From Candidatus Methanogasteraceae archaeon UBA261 (GTDB taxonomy: Archaea > Halobacteriota > Methanosarcinia > Methanosarcinales > Methanogasteraceae), in NCBI GenBank assembly GCA_002506015.1, contig DAWR01000136.1, forward strand, positions 1 to 30,424: a DNA stretch of 30,424 bases. Reading direction: 5' to 3'. Positions 26,848-30,424 of this stretch are shown piece after piece; the first letter of the stretch is position 1, and each line of letters starts with the position of its first letter. The notes beneath the pieces were generated by a model. That model was given only the letters and a program-made list of their open reading frames with translations, did not search any database and was not told where the DNA came from. The position numbers and the translations under genes are program-made.

Positions 26848-27151
26848 ACTTGTTGTAATCCTCTGCGCAGCACCGCTCGATCAATCAGAAGAGATAGCGA
26901 AAGCTCTTATCGAGGAGAGACTTGCAACATGTGTGAACATTACTGGAGTTAAATCATATTTCAGGTGGGAGGGGGGATTTTGTGCTGAAAAAGAGGATTT
27001 GTTGATCATTAAGACAAGAAAAGATCGAACGAAGGAAATCATTTCGAAGATAGCCGAATTGCACAGCTACGAGGTTCCTGAGATACTTGCCCTCCCTATA
27101 ATCAAAGGATATGACAGGTATCTGGAATGGGTTGGAGGGGAGGTGCGGTGA
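26840..27151 (+). CDS. cutA: Divalent-cation tolerance protein CutA
   Basis: EERLATCVNI, SYFRWEG, IIKT, HSYEVPEIL and YLEWV. Confidence 0.93.
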   Translation: MDELVVILCAAPLDQSEEIAKALIEERLATCVNITGVKSYFRWEGGFCAEKEDLLIIKTRKDRTKEIISKIAELHSYEVPEILALPIIKGYDRYLEWVGGEVR

Positions 27152-27152
27152 A

Positions 27153-27836
27153 ATGAGCATCCGCAAATCTCCGGCAATTCGCGTGAACAATAATTGCGCG
27201 ACAGAGACCATTGATGACGTCTGCATCGAGGAATCTTTTCAGTTATACTTGAACAACAAGTTCATCGGTGAGTTGATCGCAAGTCCGTCCCAACTCGAGG
27301 AACTGGGAGCAGGTCATGTCATCTGCGAAGGGCTTGCATCCGGTGTTTCTGGTGTGCAGGTATCAGGGGACGAGATACGCGTGTATGTAGAGACGCCAGA
27401 TGAGAAGTGCACGACCGGATATCCCGTTACAATCGAAAAAGAGCATATTTTTGAGGTTATGGATTCAATCATCTCTGAAATCTGGGAAAGAACCGGAGGA
27501 GCGCACTGTTCTGTTCTTTTCTCTGATGGAAGGATGATTGCAAGGAGCGAGGACATAGGACGGCATAATACGGTTGACAAGGTTGTCGGATATGCCATTC
27601 TTAAGAATATCGATCTATCCACTTGCGTTCTCGGATGCAGCGGCAGGCAACCGACAGCGATGGTATCAAAAGTCGCCAATGCCAAAATCCCGATCGTGAT
27701 ATCGAGATCTGCCTCGACCGATAAGGGAATTCGTACGGCGGATCTGGCAGGAGTGACGCTGATATGCTTTACAAGGGAGAATAGGTTCACGGTGTATACC
27801 CATCCCGGTCGAATCATACTGCATCAAGGAGTGTGA
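27153..27836 (+). CDS. fdhD: FdhD-family sulfurtransferase / formate dehydrogenase accessory protein (short form)
   Basis: ASPSQLEELGAG, RTGGAH, EDIGRHNTVDKVVG, SGRQPTAMVSK, SASTDKGI and LICFTR. Confidence 0.9.
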   Translation: MSIRKSPAIRVNNNCATETIDDVCIEESFQLYLNNKFIGELIASPSQLEELGAGHVICEGLASGVSGVQVSGDEIRVYVETPDEKCTTGYPVTIEKEHIFEVMDSIISEIWERTGGAHCSVLFSDGRMIARSEDIGRHNTVDKVVGYAILKNIDLSTCVLGCSGRQPTAMVSKVANAKIPIVISRSASTDKGIRTADLAGVTLICFTRENRFTVYTHPGRIILHQGV

Positions 27837-27841
27837 GGACT

Positions 27842-28558
27842 ATGCTGACAGGAGAGAGATACGACAGGCAGATACCGCTATTCGGAGATGACGGCCAGGA
27901 GCGGATCAGGGATGCAAGCGTCTTTATCGCGGGAGTCGGCGGACTTGGTTCTCCATTGGCTATCTATCTTGCGGTAGCAGGTATCGGCAGTATCGCAATC
28001 GCGGACTTCGATACGGTTGACGTGAGCAATCTGAACCGACAGATCCTGCACTGGAATGACGACGTTGCGCGGATGAAGGTAGATTCCGCCATAGAAAAAT
28101 TGATAAAAATCAATCCTGATGTTGAAATAGACGCCATATCCACGAAAATCGATGAAGACAACGTCTTCAAGCTTGTTGGCGGTTCTGATCTGATCGTTGA
28201 TGCGATGGATAACTTTAGTGCAAGATACCTGTTGAATAAGGCGGCGATAGCAAGGAATACCCCGCTCGTCCATGGGGCAGTTCACGGATTGGTTGGACAG
28301 GTAACAACGGTAATTCCGGGAGAGACTCCATGTCTGCGGTGCATAGTTCCAGACGCCCCTCCGGAGGGCATTTTCCCGATCATCGGGGCAACATGCGGCG
28401 TTGTGGCAAGCATTCAGGCGAACGAGGTTCTGAAGTATATCACAGGCACTGGAACCCTCGCATCGAACAGACTCCTGTTCTGGGATGGATCGAATGCGAC
28501 TATGAGCGAGATACCGATAGAACGGGATCCCGGATGCGTCGATTGCGGAGGCTTTTAA
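27842..28558 (+). CDS. ThiF/MoeB/HesA-family E1-like adenylyltransferase
   Basis: RYDRQI, GVGGLG, DFDTVDVSNLNRQ, DAMDN, and Zn pairs CLRC and CVDC. No rhodanese domain. Confidence 0.93.
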   Translation: MLTGERYDRQIPLFGDDGQERIRDASVFIAGVGGLGSPLAIYLAVAGIGSIAIADFDTVDVSNLNRQILHWNDDVARMKVDSAIEKLIKINPDVEIDAISTKIDEDNVFKLVGGSDLIVDAMDNFSARYLLNKAAIARNTPLVHGAVHGLVGQVTTVIPGETPCLRCIVPDAPPEGIFPIIGATCGVVASIQANEVLKYITGTGTLASNRLLFWDGSNATMSEIPIERDPGCVDCGGF

Positions 28559-28614
28559 CAACCGGTCCACTGACCCACACTCCCGTTTTCTTCTACTCGA
28601 AGTCTCGACTTCTT

Positions 28615-30090
28615 CTACTCAAAATCAGATGTGAAGCAGTCGTCAGGATCGCTGAAGACGACATATTCCGCATTGAAGTCTTCAGGATCGTACCCTTCAC
28701 CGATCCAGTCCAGCAACTCTTCATTGTCCTCATTCTCCGGGTCTTTCCGTGCATCCAGTATGTCTGCATAGCCGCCTACACCGCCACAATCCTCGGGCGG
28801 GCATGCTCGCTTTCCTTTAAGGCATATTGGGTATGAAACCACCTCCTCTCTCGGAAGTATCTTCTCCAGAAGTATCTTGTGCCCCCAGCAATCTCCAAAA
28901 TCGTACAGATAGTTGGCAGACCGGCTTTCCATGGAAAAATGCTTGGCTATCTTTTGTTTGTGTTCCGGAAGAATATCTCTACCGAATTCGTCGTCCGAAT
29001 GCCCCATAGTCAGCTTTGAGGCGCTCTTTGGGTCGGGCACCTCAAACTCGTGAAGATGGCAGCCAGACCACTCCATTGCATCCTGGATTGCAACATGCAG
29101 GTCCCGGAACGTGTAGTTCCCAGGAACCTGTATTCTCCGCCAGATCGGCGGTCTGATGCCTTTCAACGTGATCTTGAACTGATACACCTGCTCGAATTCG
29201 TCTCTGTGATCCTTGCCATCGTACATATCCCAGTCTTCGTCCCAGTCATCATCGTCAACGAAATACTCGCCATACTCCTCGTCAAAGGTGTCCTCCCAGC
29301 CAAGCTCCCCTCCCGAGAGCGCATTCATGATGGCTCCGGTAGGAGCTATGATATCGAGCACTTCCAGAGGTAGATACCCCTCATCAGCCCTCCCCATAAT
29401 TATCCTACCGATTGCGATCTGGCATATCTTGTAATCGGCATATTCTTCTGAAAATACGTCTCTCGCATCTCTAATGTGTGGTATCGCTCGCTTATCCTGC
29501 TGTCGCACCATACAGTCAAGGAGATGGAACATATCCACGTTTACGTACTTCCAGTCGTATGTTGTCGGGTCAAAAGGTCCGTCCGGCAGTTCTGACATGT
29601 ACTCGTCCAGCAGCCTGTTCAGGAAATCAATCGACCTGTCGCACCGTATCTCACCGATAGTGCTCAATGTATCGGCTGTTATGCGATCCACTCCACTTCC
29701 TTCCCTTATCGGATGTGCAATCCTGTATTCCACCTTTTTTATCACTTCCGGAATGCACATCTCTCCTATTTCCTTAAGGGCGTCTTTGGCATATTCGCCC
29801 AGTTCGGATTCTTCCAGTGCATCGACGAGTGGGGCGATCGCCCTTTCATCTCCGATTGTTCCCAGCGCGCAAGCCGCAAAATGACTGCTCCAGCTGTCAG
29901 GATCGTTTAGCACATCTATCAACTTGGAAACAGCGGGTTCTCCAATTAATACCAGCTTATCCACGACTTTTCTCAGCTCAGCTTCTCCCTCCCTCGAGTA
30001 ACCGGCTTCATCATACTTCTTCAGATCCAAGGTCAGCTTGTTGATCATTTCTTCGATCTCGTTCTCTGTTCTTTTGCCTTTTTTGGGCAT
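28615..30090 (-). CDS. HEAT/PBS-lyase-repeat protein fused to a plasmid pRiA4b ORF-3-like domain
   Basis: N-terminal repeats (IGEPAVSKLIDVL, AACALGTIGDERAIAPLVDAL) and an acidic linker. C-terminus has YQFKITLKGIRPPIWRRIQVP, LHVAIQDAM, HLHEF, YLYDFGD and ACPPEDCGG. Confidence 0.85.
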   Translation of the reverse strand: MPKKGKRTENEIEEMINKLTLDLKKYDEAGYSREGEAELRKVVDKLVLIGEPAVSKLIDVLNDPDSWSSHFAACALGTIGDERAIAPLVDALEESELGEYAKDALKEIGEMCIPEVIKKVEYRIAHPIREGSGVDRITADTLSTIGEIRCDRSIDFLNRLLDEYMSELPDGPFDPTTYDWKYVNVDMFHLLDCMVRQQDKRAIPHIRDARDVFSEEYADYKICQIAIGRIIMGRADEGYLPLEVLDIIAPTGAIMNALSGGELGWEDTFDEEYGEYFVDDDDWDEDWDMYDGKDHRDEFEQVYQFKITLKGIRPPIWRRIQVPGNYTFRDLHVAIQDAMEWSGCHLHEFEVPDPKSASKLTMGHSDDEFGRDILPEHKQKIAKHFSMESRSANYLYDFGDCWGHKILLEKILPREEVVSYPICLKGKRACPPEDCGGVGGYADILDARKDPENEDNEELLDWIGEGYDPEDFNAEYVVFSDPDDCFTSDFE

Positions 30091-30298
30091 GGCACCACAT
30101 CCTTTAACTGATCACAGGATGCGGAGTCTGCGGACATAAAACTTTGGAACATGCTCAATAGTTCTAAGGATCAGGTGCGAAGTGCCGTAGAGCAGGATTG
30201 ATGCATTACTAATTATTACATGACTTTAGGCTAAATCAAATTTCTTGCCATCCTGAATGAGATACTTTTATATAGGATGAGCACATATTCTATACTGA

Positions 30299-30424
30299 AT
30301 GTCAGAAGAGGAGAGAATATACGAAATTCTAAGCACTATCCGCAAGATCGATGAGTCAGAACAACCTGTTAGTGTCTATTTTAACCAGAATTCCGTCCCG
30401 TTTTCTCTCGCACAATACTATCGC
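30299..30424 (+). CDS. Partial ORF truncated at window edge, possibly a transposase/HTH N-terminus
   Basis: Open frame MSEEERIYEILSTIRKIDESEQPVSVYFNQNSVPFSLAQYYR..., with ttttatata 25 bp upstream (leaderless spacing). The function is a weak recollection only. Confidence 0.5.
   Translation, partial: MSEEERIYEILSTIRKIDESEQPVSVYFNQNSVPFSLAQYYR

Overview
Archaeal chromosomal window, most consistent with an MCR-bearing Methanosarcinales/ANME-2-like lineage. This taxonomy is an inference from ycaO-tfuA, mtxX, gatE, a PUA-less tgtA, lonB and an extended rps3. In order, it holds a gatE-ferredoxin-geranylgeranyl reductase operon, rnhB, lonB plus a conserved hypothetical gene, tgtA, and a DUF2103-like gene. 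Next come a 1590-aa PocR/GAF/6xPAS hybrid histidine kinase overlapping mtxX, and an isolated rpl23-to-rpl14 block of the S10/spc ribosomal superoperon. These are followed by two tandem V4R-like paralogs coupled to a radical SAM gene, a cupin, a small hypothetical gene, and a Cys-rich HTH regulator divergent from a ycaO-tfuA-thiS/moaD-moaE-cutA-fdhD-thiF sulfur-relay operon. The window ends with a HEAT/pRiA4b-ORF3 fusion and a truncated ORF at the right edge. The main non-gene signal is a nested family of palindromic intergenic repeats: one 84-bp core sits in two different inverted-repeat shells, with a deleted core, an apparently empty shell and a second core family also present. All copies of the 84-bp family and its shells lie 3' of genes. 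Other leads are a structured in-frame insertion with a bulge-helix-bulge-like junction in the radical SAM gene, an amber-interrupted zinc-ribbon microORF, a candidate operator for the thioamidation operon, and a recent PAS duplication with mostly non-synonymous differences. I found no tRNA, rRNA or CRISPR array. All family assignments come from motif recognition by eye; no database search was run.
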